The translations under genes were made by a program, and so were the position numbers. Shown piece by piece: positions 1-7,805 of a stretch of 16,101 nucleotides of DNA (position 1 is the first letter of the stretch; every line of letters starts with the position of its first letter). The notes under the pieces were generated by a model. That model made no database searches. It was not told where the DNA came from and was given only the letters and a program-made list of their open reading frames with translations. Where the stretch lies: IMG/VR virus record IMGVR_UViG_3300035516_000805; one strand, given 5' to 3'. The DNA comes from a virus (Duplodnaviria > Heunggongvirae > Uroviricota > Caudoviricetes).

Positions 1-50
1 TCAAATATTTAATATATTTCATACATTAACATTAATTTATCTAACTGAGA

Positions 51-220
51 TATATTTAATATTTTCATTATTATAAATATATAAGTTATAAAAAATATTT
101 TTTTATATTTAAAATAATGAAAATAATAAATATAATAAATATATTATTTATACTAATAATAAAAACATTAAAAATTATAAATAAACTATAAATTATAAAT
201 ACATTAAATAAAATAATAAA
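51..220. other. Extremely AT-rich non-coding tract with low-complexity direct repeats
   Basis: Hand count gives 7 G/C in 170 nt. AAATAATAAATATAA occurs at 121-135 and 211-225; AAATTATAAATA at 172-183 and 190-201. Function unknown. Confidence 0.6.
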
Positions 221-341
221 TATAAAGACCTTTCTTAATTGTAAAAATAAATTTTTATACTTTTTTACATTATTTATAAATGTAAGACGAATTTTGTAAA
301 AAGTCAATTTCATTTAAGTTTAAACAGAAAGGTACATATTT

Positions 342-830
342 ATGACAAATAGTATAAAACATCCTGTGAGCTTCAATTTGCCGTCAAATTTAAAAGAAAA
401 TAAATCAGAGGAAGAATATACCAAAATTAAAGAATTAATCAAAAATGAGCGAATTTCAAAGAATTATGGCATATTTTATATTTATGTAATTGAAAATGAC
501 AGTGGAAACATTAAAATTGGAATAACTCATAATTTTGAACAACGAAAGAAAAACTTATCAGGCAGCAATACCGGTGGACATAAGATTACAAAATACTATG
601 TCAGTGAACCGACTTATCTTTATTCTTTTGAAGGCATTTTACATAGCTTTTATAAAGAACATCGAATTGATGGAACTGAATGGTTTAAAGATTTGGATTT
701 TGATGAAGTTGTTTTAGAATTACAAAAATTATTTAACCATTCCTCTTACAACAAATTAAACACAACAAGAATGGAACATAATATTCAACATTATAAAAGT
801 ATTTTAGAAAAGGAAAGAGAAGAGAGATGA
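342..830 (+). CDS. T5orf172/MUG113-type GIY-YIG domain protein
   Basis: Motifs YIYVIENDSGNIKIGIT, R..NL, E..LH and RIDGTEWF match the T5orf172 pattern. RBS AGAAAGG upstream. Stop overlaps the next start (ATGA). Confidence 0.8.
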   Translation: MTNSIKHPVSFNLPSNLKENKSEEEYTKIKELIKNERISKNYGIFYIYVIENDSGNIKIGITHNFEQRKKNLSGSNTGGHKITKYYVSEPTYLYSFEGILHSFYKEHRIDGTEWFKDLDFDEVVLELQKLFNHSSYNKLNTTRMEHNIQHYKSILEKEREER

Positions 831-1363
831 AAACATTAATCAGTATTGATGCAAGTTCTAAGGCAACAGGAATTGCGATTTTTAAAATTACAAAGAATAA
901 TGAAGTAAAATATAAGACACATTTTTTAATAACAGTGCCGGAGGACTTAAAGAAATCAACAAAAGCAACAAAAAATCTTATGATGAGAAGACGAATAGAT
1001 TTTATGATGGTTGAAATCATAAAAATATTAGAAAGATATAACCCTGATTATATCCTGATGGAAGATATTTATGCTGGAAAAGATATTCATACATTAAAAA
1101 TGTTTGGACGTTTACAGGGTGCAATTGAATATTATTCCTTATCAAAACAAACTATTAAAAATCCTTATCCGGTAACTTTAATTTATATTGCACCTAATTC
1201 ATGGCGTTCTAAGTTAAAATTTCCTAATTTAAAACGTGAAGAACTTAAGCAATGCAGTATTAAATATATTGAAGACAAATTAAGTATTACTGTAACAGAT
1301 GATGAAGCAGATGCAATTTGTATAGGTTACAGTTTTCCTTTCGTTGTTAAAGATTATTGTTAA
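827..1363 (+). CDS. ruvC: Phage/plasmid-type RuvC-like Holliday junction resolvase
   Basis: ISIDASSKATG (Asp), ILMEDIY (Glu), P..W.SKL and DDEADAICIG (Asp pair) give the RuvC acidic tetrad layout. Translationally coupled to the upstream gene. Confidence 0.85.
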   Translation: MKTLISIDASSKATGIAIFKITKNNEVKYKTHFLITVPEDLKKSTKATKNLMMRRRIDFMMVEIIKILERYNPDYILMEDIYAGKDIHTLKMFGRLQGAIEYYSLSKQTIKNPYPVTLIYIAPNSWRSKLKFPNLKREELKQCSIKYIEDKLSITVTDDEADAICIGYSFPFVVKDYC

Positions 1364-1378
1364 TAATTTAAATTTTTT

Positions 1379-1420
1379 AATCCTCAGAGTTGAATCTGGG
1401 GATTTTTAATTATTTTTTTA
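1379..1420 (+). terminator. Intrinsic terminator after ruvC
   Basis: AATCCTCAGA (1379-1388) pairs with TCTGGGGATT (1395-1404): 10 bp with one G-U, followed by a T-rich tract. Confidence 0.7.
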
Positions 1421-1423
1421 CAT

Positions 1424-1455
1424 ACTATTGACATTATTAATAATTCAATGTCATA
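1424..1455 (+). promoter_or_regulatory. 32-bp palindromic promoter/operator, copy 1
   Basis: ACTATTGACATTATTAATAATTCAATGTCATA is identical to 5851-5882. It contains TTGACA and the inverted repeat TGACATT-N11-AATGTCA, and lies 33 nt upstream of the ATG at 1488. Confidence 0.8.
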
Positions 1456-1487
1456 GTTCAAATAAGGAAAGCAAGGAGGAATTAATT

Positions 1488-1748
1488 ATGTATTTGGTTA
1501 AAATTGTTAAGAATCATAATGTGTTGTCAATCTTACATTACCAATATTTTGAAAATATTATTGCAGGTATTGCAGACCAGTCTATTTTTTCAGAAATTGA
1601 TACAAGTCTTATCCCAAAGGATTATAAATCTCCGAAGATTTATTTTGCCAGTACAAATCCAGAACATAATACTGCTGATGATTTTGAGTTCAGATATGAA
1701 GATGGGATGTATATTTATGCAGGAACTATTTCTGTGTTTGATAAATAA
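1488..1748 (+). CDS. Hypothetical protein (86 aa)
   Basis: Strong RBS AAGGAGG precedes ATG 1488. The ORF-track start at 1428 falls inside the promoter motif and is rejected. Confidence 0.75.
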   Translation: MYLVKIVKNHNVLSILHYQYFENIIAGIADQSIFSEIDTSLIPKDYKSPKIYFASTNPEHNTADDFEFRYEDGMYIYAGTISVFDK

Positions 1749-1774
1749 CAGTAAAAACAAAGGATGTGTACAGT

Positions 1775-1957
1775 ATGAATAAATTTCAAAAAGACGAAAA
1801 CGATAACTGGTATACAGATAACGAAGATAAAAATGATATATTTAATGCAGACTATTGTTATGAGTGCAGCGGATATGGAGATGACTATTTCATCAATGAA
1901 AATGGCGAATTAGAGTGCTACTGTCCACAATGTCCGTTCCATAACCCAGATGTATAG
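1775..1957 (+). CDS. Small acidic Cys-rich phage-type protein (probable Zn-binding)
   Basis: CYEC...CYCPQC motifs. RBS AAAGGA spacing favours ATG 1775 over GTG 1766. Confidence 0.65.
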   Translation: MNKFQKDENDNWYTDNEDKNDIFNADYCYECSGYGDDYFINENGELECYCPQCPFHNPDV

Positions 1958-1984
1958 AATAATAAATAACGAAAGGAGTTTCAT

Positions 1985-2425
1985 ATGAAAACTACAGCAA
2001 AAGACATAATATTATTATGTAAAGGATGGTACAATGAACAGATTTATCCAACAATTTCAGATGCTTTGAAAGAATATTACTGTGAAAATTATATGCCTAT
2101 GCCGGTTGACGGTAAATGTGAAGACGAAGAATTTTTACTGGAAACGTTACTTTTACAGGTAATACAGGAAATCGAAGCAGAGTATCCGGACCGATTAAAT
2201 GGATTTATTAAAGGATTTATACATCAATCTTTGATAAAAAATATCCTGCTTGATGAACTGGATGCCATACACAACGTTGAAATTTTCTATTATATTATAA
2301 ATTTTTTGAAAAATTTGCCATTACAAGGAGCAAATCTTGTAACCATTGATACCGATAATTATTTTACATCACATATAGCTGATGGTGAAGAAATCGTAGA
2401 ATTAAAAATGCCTATAATTAACTAA
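1985..2425 (+). CDS. Hypothetical protein (146 aa)
   Basis: RBS GAAAGGAG, open frame, typical composition. No recognised domain. Confidence 0.75.
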   Translation: MKTTAKDIILLCKGWYNEQIYPTISDALKEYYCENYMPMPVDGKCEDEEFLLETLLLQVIQEIEAEYPDRLNGFIKGFIHQSLIKNILLDELDAIHNVEIFYYIINFLKNLPLQGANLVTIDTDNYFTSHIADGEEIVELKMPIIN

Positions 2426-2490
2426 TTATTTTATAATTACTGTTTATAAACAATATTAAATAAAAATAATAAAACGTGGAGGAAATAAAT

Positions 2491-2706
2491 ATGAAGAATA
2501 CAAACAAAGAGCCAATTACACAGGAACAGATAGACAGATGTTTACAGAACGCTAGTGAAATTGAAGAAGAAGTTGCAATTTTACAGGATAGGATAAATGC
2601 ATTGAGAACATATCTTACAGGGACAAAACTGGAAGATTTGGACGCAGATATGTTAGAAGATTTAGGTGATGTTGAAAAAGGACTTAAACATATCGAGTTG
2701 TACTAA
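2491..2706 (+). CDS. Small acidic, probably coiled-coil hypothetical protein (71 aa)
   Basis: RBS GGAGG precedes ATG 2491. Heptad-like pattern in EIEEEVAILQDRINALRTYL. Confidence 0.7.
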   Translation: MKNTNKEPITQEQIDRCLQNASEIEEEVAILQDRINALRTYLTGTKLEDLDADMLEDLGDVEKGLKHIELY

Positions 2707-2773
2707 AAAATTTTGAAAGAAACAGTTAAATAATTTGTTAAATCAACAGGATTTTTGAAATGGAGGGATAACA

Positions 2774-3214
2774 ATGAGTAAAGGATTTCAGACAGGAGCG
2801 TGTCTCCGTGAAATGGCAGACGAGGAGAGAATGAACAACATTCCGAGTGATTCAGAACAAAAGGTTCATCAAATCCGGTTAGTGTCAATATATTTTGACG
2901 ATGTATGCAGCGGGAAAAAGAGTTTTGAACTCCAAAAAAATGATAGACATTACAAGGTCGGCGATATAATTGAAATGATGGAGTTTGCAGACGGAAAGAA
3001 CACAGGACGCAGCGTAAGAGTGCTTGTGACATATCTGCTTGAAGATTATCCCGGAATTGAGGACGGATATTGCATAATGGCAACATTGCTCATGAATGAT
3101 GACGGGAAACCGTATGACAAAGTAGACATCGAACAGATTTGTGCAGATATAGAGGCGAACGGTGACGGTTGCACATATGATGGTGATGAATACATCATAG
3201 TTGAAAAGCGGTGA
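2774..3214 (+). CDS. DUF3850/ASCH (PUA-like) domain protein
   Basis: VHQIRL...YFDDVCSGKKSFELQKNDRHYKVGDII...TGR...VTYLLEDYPGIEDGYCIM matches the DUF3850 pattern. RBS GGAGG. GC about 42% by hand count over 2761-3180. Confidence 0.8.
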   Translation: MSKGFQTGACLREMADEERMNNIPSDSEQKVHQIRLVSIYFDDVCSGKKSFELQKNDRHYKVGDIIEMMEFADGKNTGRSVRVLVTYLLEDYPGIEDGYCIMATLLMNDDGKPYDKVDIEQICADIEANGDGCTYDGDEYIIVEKR

Positions 3215-3247
3215 GCATAGTAAAAGAGGGAGGTTTGTAAAGATATT

Positions 3248-3712
3248 ATGAATGAGAAAACAATTAAAATATTAATAAAAATACTATATTTGATTGGAGC
3301 CTGGGGCTGTTTATTTGTTGGCGGTATATTGATTTTTATATATAAAAATAACTGTAATGCAGAAGAAGTTTCCTGCATTGTTGAAAATATTGGAGAAGCT
3401 ACAGTTGAATATTCTAGTGTAGGTAGGACAAGTATTAATCTTCCAGTAACTATATCATATGAAGAAAATGGGGAAATTGAAACAAAAGATATAGTATTAG
3501 AAGCAGGTTCAGATTTTACTGTAGCAAAATTAACAGAGGCAAAGGAAAAATTAATTAACTTAAAAATAGGTGATGAAATTACATTATATAAAACTATATT
3601 TGGATTTTCGCTATCATCATTAACCGATGAAAATATTTTTATTATTTTCCTTTTTACGTTTTTTGCAATTATATTCATTAGTATATCTACTATGATGGTA
3701 AAAAAGAGGTAA
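3248..3712 (+). CDS. Two-TM membrane protein with a beta-rich extracytoplasmic loop
   Basis: Hydrophobic segments ILYLIGAWGCLFVGGILIFIY and IFIIFLFTFFAIIFISISTMMV, with a basic C-terminal KKR. Confidence 0.7.
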   Translation: MNEKTIKILIKILYLIGAWGCLFVGGILIFIYKNNCNAEEVSCIVENIGEATVEYSSVGRTSINLPVTISYEENGEIETKDIVLEAGSDFTVAKLTEAKEKLINLKIGDEITLYKTIFGFSLSSLTDENIFIIFLFTFFAIIFISISTMMVKKR

Positions 3713-3784
3713 AGTTTTTATGCTGATGATAATATTTTAATACACGAAACGTCAGAAATTATGAAAGATAATTTCTAAGGTTGT

Positions 3785-3815
3785 AATAAAAGTCCTAAAA
3801 GGACTTTTATTTTTT
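3785..3815 (+). terminator. Intrinsic terminator whose core matches hairpin B of the double-hairpin units
   Basis: AATAAAAGTCCT-AAA-AGGACTTTTATT is a perfect 12-bp stem followed by TTTT. The 15-nt core AGTCCTAAAAGGACT is identical at 7853-7867 and 13406-13420. Confidence 0.75.
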
Positions 3816-3916
3816 CACTTAATAGTAAAACTGTAAAATATTCTAAAATTAAAGGAACCTTTTTACAATTTCACTTGTCTTATTAAGTAAAAAGAAGAAT
3901 AGCGAGGTGAATTTTT

Positions 3917-4510
3917 ATGATTTATGAAAGTCCTATGATTGAAGTTGAAACTGCAAGCGGTGTAAGAGAAATAAAATTGACAACAGAAGAATTATCCAAT
4001 CGAAGAATATTTATTCAAGGTGAAATTGATAATGACTTAGCAATGTCTGTTGTTCAACAGATTATGTATTTACAAAAAGAAAGCAATGAACCTATTACCA
4101 TTTACATCTCCTCACCGGGCGGTAATGTTATGGACGGTTTACTTATTTATGATGCAATCGAAATGTGTCCTTGCATTGTTAAAACAGTTGTATTAGGTAT
4201 GGCTGCAAGTATGGGAGCTGTATTATTTGCCAGTGGAACAAAAGGAGAACGGTATATGTGTCCACATTCTAAAGTGATGATTCATGAGCCGTTAATTTCA
4301 AATGGCGTTGGTGGTTCAGCTACTTCCATAAAAAACATTTCAGAGTCTATTTTGGAAACAAAAAAGATTTTAAATACTATTTTAGCAAAACATTGTAATA
4401 AATCTATAAAAGAATTAAATAAGGCAACTTCTTATGATAATTATATGAATATTGAAGAAGCTATGAAATTTGGAATTTGTGATAAAACATTAGAAAGTTT
4501 ATTTGTATAA
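3917..4510 (+). CDS. clpP: ClpP-family serine protease subunit
   Basis: RRIFIQGEID, YISSPGGNV, GMAASMG (catalytic Ser), KVMIHEP (His), DNYM...EEAMKFGICD (Asp). RBS GAGGTG. Confidence 0.92.
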   Translation: MIYESPMIEVETASGVREIKLTTEELSNRRIFIQGEIDNDLAMSVVQQIMYLQKESNEPITIYISSPGGNVMDGLLIYDAIEMCPCIVKTVVLGMAASMGAVLFASGTKGERYMCPHSKVMIHEPLISNGVGGSATSIKNISESILETKKILNTILAKHCNKSIKELNKATSYDNYMNIEEAMKFGICDKTLESLFV

Positions 4511-4523
4511 GGGGGAATTTTTA

Positions 4524-5837
4524 ATGAATTATAGAGATTATTTAAGATGTGGAAGACCATATAAAGCAAAACCTTATTTTCAAATAAAACCATCGAATAG
4601 TATTGAAAATGAATATGAAGATAATCGTATGATACTTGCAAAAGACCAGTATTATGATTTGAATTCTATTTATACAAAAATTAACAATAATGTTTTAGTA
4701 GTAGGTCCAAGTGGGTCTGGTAAAACAAGAAGTGTAGTTATTCCTAATATACTGCAAGCTGTAGGAAGCTATATTATATCTGACCCTAAAGGTAATTTAT
4801 ATGATAAATATAGTGAATATTTAAAAGAAAGAGGATATAGAGTATTACGATTAGATTTTATCAATCCGGAAAAATCAATTCATTATAACCCTTTTAATTA
4901 TATACATAATACCAGAGACATTATTAAATACTCAAATATGTTATTATTTAGTGATAAAAATAAAGTTAATTCAACTGAACCGTACTGGGACCTTGCTGCA
5001 AAGGAACTTTTAACCAGTTTATTGTCATATTTAATTGAATTTACTCCGGAAAACTATCATACTATAGAAAATGTATTAAGACTTGCAATGAATTGCAAAA
5101 TAAGTGAAAACGGACGAAAAAGTGTAACAGAACAATTAATGGCAATTGCAGAACAAAAAAATCCAAACAGTTTTGCAGTCCGTAAATTTAATCAAGTTAT
5201 GGTTGGAGCAACAAAAACAATTCAATCTATTTTAGTTACTTTAACTATGCGACTTGGAAATTTAGACTTTCCAGAGTTAAATGATATGATGTTATATGAC
5301 GAAGTAGATATTACCTCTATCGGAACAACAAAAACAGCACTTTTTGTTGTTATAAGTGACACTGACAGAAGTATGGATAACATTGCAAATTTATTTTTTA
5401 CACAAGCAATGAATGAATTATGCTATTTTGCTGACAATTATTGTGAAAACAATGCATTACCTATTCATACAAGGTTTATCATGGATGATTTTGCTACAAA
5501 TGTGCAAATATTTGATTTTCCTAGAATGATTAGTTCTTATCGTTCCAGAAATATATCGTCTATGTTGATGATACAAACTGAAAGTCAACTGGAACAGTTA
5601 TACGGATATGATAAAAATACAATTATAGGTAATTGTGACACGTATCTTTACTTAGGCGGTAATGACCTTGAAACAGCAGAACATATCTCCAAACGAACTA
5701 ATTTACCACTTAAAAAGATACTTTATATGCCGATTGGAACAAATTGGATTTTCAGAAGAGGAGAAGAACCCTTTAATGGAATTAACTTTGAACTGGAAGA
5801 TTATGAACAAATGAAGGGAAATGAAAACGAATTGTAA
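4524..5837 (+). CDS. virD4: VirD4/TraG-like coupling-protein ATPase lacking an N-terminal membrane anchor (437 aa)
   Basis: NVLVVGPSGSGKT (Walker A), SYIISDPKG, YNPF, EPYW, FIMDDFA (Walker B variant), SSYRSRNI, IQTESQL, NCDTYLYLGGND. RBS GGGGGAA precedes ATG 4524, which is preferred over TTG 4503. Confidence 0.85.
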   Translation: MNYRDYLRCGRPYKAKPYFQIKPSNSIENEYEDNRMILAKDQYYDLNSIYTKINNNVLVVGPSGSGKTRSVVIPNILQAVGSYIISDPKGNLYDKYSEYLKERGYRVLRLDFINPEKSIHYNPFNYIHNTRDIIKYSNMLLFSDKNKVNSTEPYWDLAAKELLTSLLSYLIEFTPENYHTIENVLRLAMNCKISENGRKSVTEQLMAIAEQKNPNSFAVRKFNQVMVGATKTIQSILVTLTMRLGNLDFPELNDMMLYDEVDITSIGTTKTALFVVISDTDRSMDNIANLFFTQAMNELCYFADNYCENNALPIHTRFIMDDFATNVQIFDFPRMISSYRSRNISSMLMIQTESQLEQLYGYDKNTIIGNCDTYLYLGGNDLETAEHISKRTNLPLKKILYMPIGTNWIFRRGEEPFNGINFELEDYEQMKGNENEL

Positions 5838-5850
5838 AAAAATATTTAGA

Positions 5851-5882
5851 ACTATTGACATTATTAATAATTCAATGTCATA
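5851..5882 (+). promoter_or_regulatory. 32-bp palindromic promoter/operator, copy 2
   Basis: 32/32 identical to 1424-1455. TTGACA at 5855-5860, candidate extended -10 TGnCATATT. Confidence 0.8.
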
Positions 5883-6210
5883 TTAAAAATGAAGATAAGA
5901 AATAATCTTTGAGAACAAAGCGACTGGACATCAAAGGATGTATTAGTGGGTAACAAAGATTATAGTAAAATGGATATTTTATTAAATTAAGAAACAAAAA
6001 ATTTTAAATAAAAAAAATGTGGTTAATATACTGTTATTCCCAAACATTATAAATGAAAATATTGCGATATTAGATTTTATAATCTTCATTGAAATATGAA
6101 GTTCAATAAAAAGTTTGGTTTTACTAACGAGTAAAATAAGTTGTAGTGAATAACGTTAAAATATTAATACATCGCAAGTAACTTTTAGGTAAAAGTTGTA
6201 CTACGATTTA
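5883..6210 (+). ncRNA. Candidate structured leader or ncRNA (unclassified)
   Basis: About 350 nt without a credible ORF directly after promoter copy 2, with several nested helices (see findings). The AT-rich background makes chance pairing likely for the short helices. Confidence 0.3.
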
Positions 6211-6233
6211 GCATTTTTTATAAGGAGAATTTT

Positions 6234-6599
6234 ATGTTTGATTTAGATAATTTTAGTAAAGAATTTTTTGATTTTGATGAAAAAAGAACTTCTATTTTAA
6301 AAAATTTTATAAAAGATTTAAAGAATACTGATTATGTGAAGAAATCCGAAGCTCAAATTTATTTTGATAATAGCTGCATGATTGGCAATGCAGACTGGGG
6401 AAATATTGGAGAAAGTATTCCTTGTTTTTTAACATGTGAAAAACACCTTTTAAATGCAACTGCATATCGTGAAATACATAATTTAGTGAAAGAATATATA
6501 AAAAAATACAATTTTTATACAGATGTTAGCAGGGTTATAGATACATATGAATATTTAAGTTTAAATGAATTACAAGAAAATTTTAAATTAATAAATTAA
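6234..6599 (+). CDS. Hypothetical protein, paralog A
   Basis: RBS AAGGAG. Shares NFI..[DE][LI]KNT.[YF].K and LN..TA[YF]...ID..Y.Y with 6666-7013. Confidence 0.75.
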   Translation: MFDLDNFSKEFFDFDEKRTSILKNFIKDLKNTDYVKKSEAQIYFDNSCMIGNADWGNIGESIPCFLTCEKHLLNATAYREIHNLVKEYIKKYNFYTDVSRVIDTYEYLSLNELQENFKLIN

Positions 6600-6665
6600 T
6601 TAATATTTTTTTTAATACTAATCAATTACAGTTTAAAATATAAATTTTATAAAAGGAGTTTTAAT

Positions 6666-7013
6666 ATGAATAATTTAAATTTTTGGGGTAAAGATAAAGA
6701 CTTAGTTTTTAATTTTATCAGTGAAATTAAAAATACGTCTTTTTTTAAAGATTGTATTAAAGACTTATATATCAAAGAACCCGGTATAATAGATAATTTA
6801 AAATTTATTTACACTATTAAAGATAAACCATTAAATTATACTACTACAGCTTTTTGTAATTTTAATGAAGAAGTTTTAAAAATTAGCAATAAATTAAATA
6901 TTGAATATTATTTTATAGATGAGGCATATAATTATTTTGATACTATTTTAGATGTTGAAATTACAGATGAAATGATTGAATCAGAAGGATATAGAAAACT
7001 TATTATTTTGTAA
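6666..7013 (+). CDS. Hypothetical protein, paralog B
   Basis: RBS AAAGGAG. Manual alignment to 6234-6599. Confidence 0.75.
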   Translation: MNNLNFWGKDKDLVFNFISEIKNTSFFKDCIKDLYIKEPGIIDNLKFIYTIKDKPLNYTTTAFCNFNEEVLKISNKLNIEYYFIDEAYNYFDTILDVEITDEMIESEGYRKLIIL

Positions 7014-7050
7014 TTTTATTTAAAAAATAGAATTTTGATTTTACATTATT

Positions 7051-7084
7051 AATGATAGAAGAATAAAACTTCTATCATTTTTTT
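7051..7084 (+). terminator. Intrinsic terminator upstream of the HEPN-like gene
   Basis: AATGATAGAAG (7051-7061) / CTTCTATCATT (7069-7079), perfect 11 bp, then a T run. Confidence 0.7.
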
Positions 7085-7102
7085 ATTAAAGGAGTTCAGC
7101 AT

Positions 7103-7765
7103 ATGGCAATTAATCGAGGAAATTTATTTGAGAAAAAATATAATAGTTCTTATGAATATGATTATACAAATGAAATGTTTGAAGCTGCAGGGGAATATTA
7201 TAGAGCTGTATTACGCAATTTAGATAATAATATTATGGATAGAAGTACAATGGTAGATATTCAACTAGCAACAGAATGTTATTTAAAATCAATAATTGAA
7301 ACACTTTATCAAAAATCTATGTTTGAATTAAGTTTTTTAAGAAAAAAGATTTCTATGAAAGAAGTTAATCCTAATTATTCAATTAATGATTTTAGACAAG
7401 ATGGGGATATTAGTCATAATTTAAAACATATCTATAATGATTTTTTATATCCTAAAAATGATTATATAGGAAATCGTAGTGCTCGTTTAGTACATTATGA
7501 AGAATTAAAAAAATATATGAAACCAGAAAATATTCCGGGCTTACCAAAACGAGACAATATATTATCAAAAGAATTGGATAATTTATTTGCAGTATATAAT
7601 AATATTCGTTTACCGGGAGATAAAAGTATTCAAGTTAAACTCATGGAAGTTACTGAAAATGATATATCTGATATGTGTGTAGAAATATTAGATAAAGTAA
7701 AAGAAATTGCAACAGATTATCATGATTTAATTCTTTCAAAAGAAGAATTAAGAGATGAACGATAA
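7103..7765 (+). CDS. HEPN-like domain protein (stand-alone)
   Basis: IQLATECYLKS, ISHNLKHIY and YNNIRLPG parallel the HEPN (PF05168-type) motifs QQAxEKxLKA, tHdLxxL and YxxxRYP. RBS AAAGGAG. Confidence 0.55.
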   Translation: MAINRGNLFEKKYNSSYEYDYTNEMFEAAGEYYRAVLRNLDNNIMDRSTMVDIQLATECYLKSIIETLYQKSMFELSFLRKKISMKEVNPNYSINDFRQDGDISHNLKHIYNDFLYPKNDYIGNRSARLVHYEELKKYMKPENIPGLPKRDNILSKELDNLFAVYNNIRLPGDKSIQVKLMEVTENDISDMCVEILDKVKEIATDYHDLILSKEELRDER

Positions 7766-7772
7766 ATATACT

Positions 7773-7805
7773 AATAGAAGTTCATAAAAGAACTTCTATT
7801 TTTTT
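7773..7805 (+). terminator. Intrinsic terminator after the HEPN-like gene
   Basis: AATAGAAGTTC / GAACTTCTATT, perfect 11 bp with loop ATAAAA, then a T run. Confidence 0.75.

Noticed and set aside
41-48. CTAACTGA resembling the unit 3' end
   Set aside because: Only an 8-nt match with no hairpins or linker upstream.
86-313. ORF-track ORF on the minus strand
   Set aside because: Low-complexity I/F/N translation of an AT tract with no RBS; spurious.
2441-2452. Perfect 12-bp palindrome TGTTTATAAACA
   Set aside because: Single AT-rich copy with no second instance; not distinguishable from chance.
3917-4510. ClpP as a phage prohead protease
   Set aside because: No portal, terminase or capsid genes are adjacent, and the motifs (AASMG, MIHEP) resemble canonical ClpP.
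535-4641. Overlapping ORFs 535-717, 733-1020, 1504-1782, 2703-3086, 3046-3678 and 4441-4641
   Set aside because: They are shadow frames of better-supported genes that have RBSs or recognisable motifs.
5902-5962. ZTP or SAM-I riboswitch because of GCGACTGG
   Set aside because: The remaining conserved elements (ZTP CGCCUGGG pseudoknot partner, SAM-I AUC/GAU P1 and GCAACC) are absent. Kept only as an unclassified structure.
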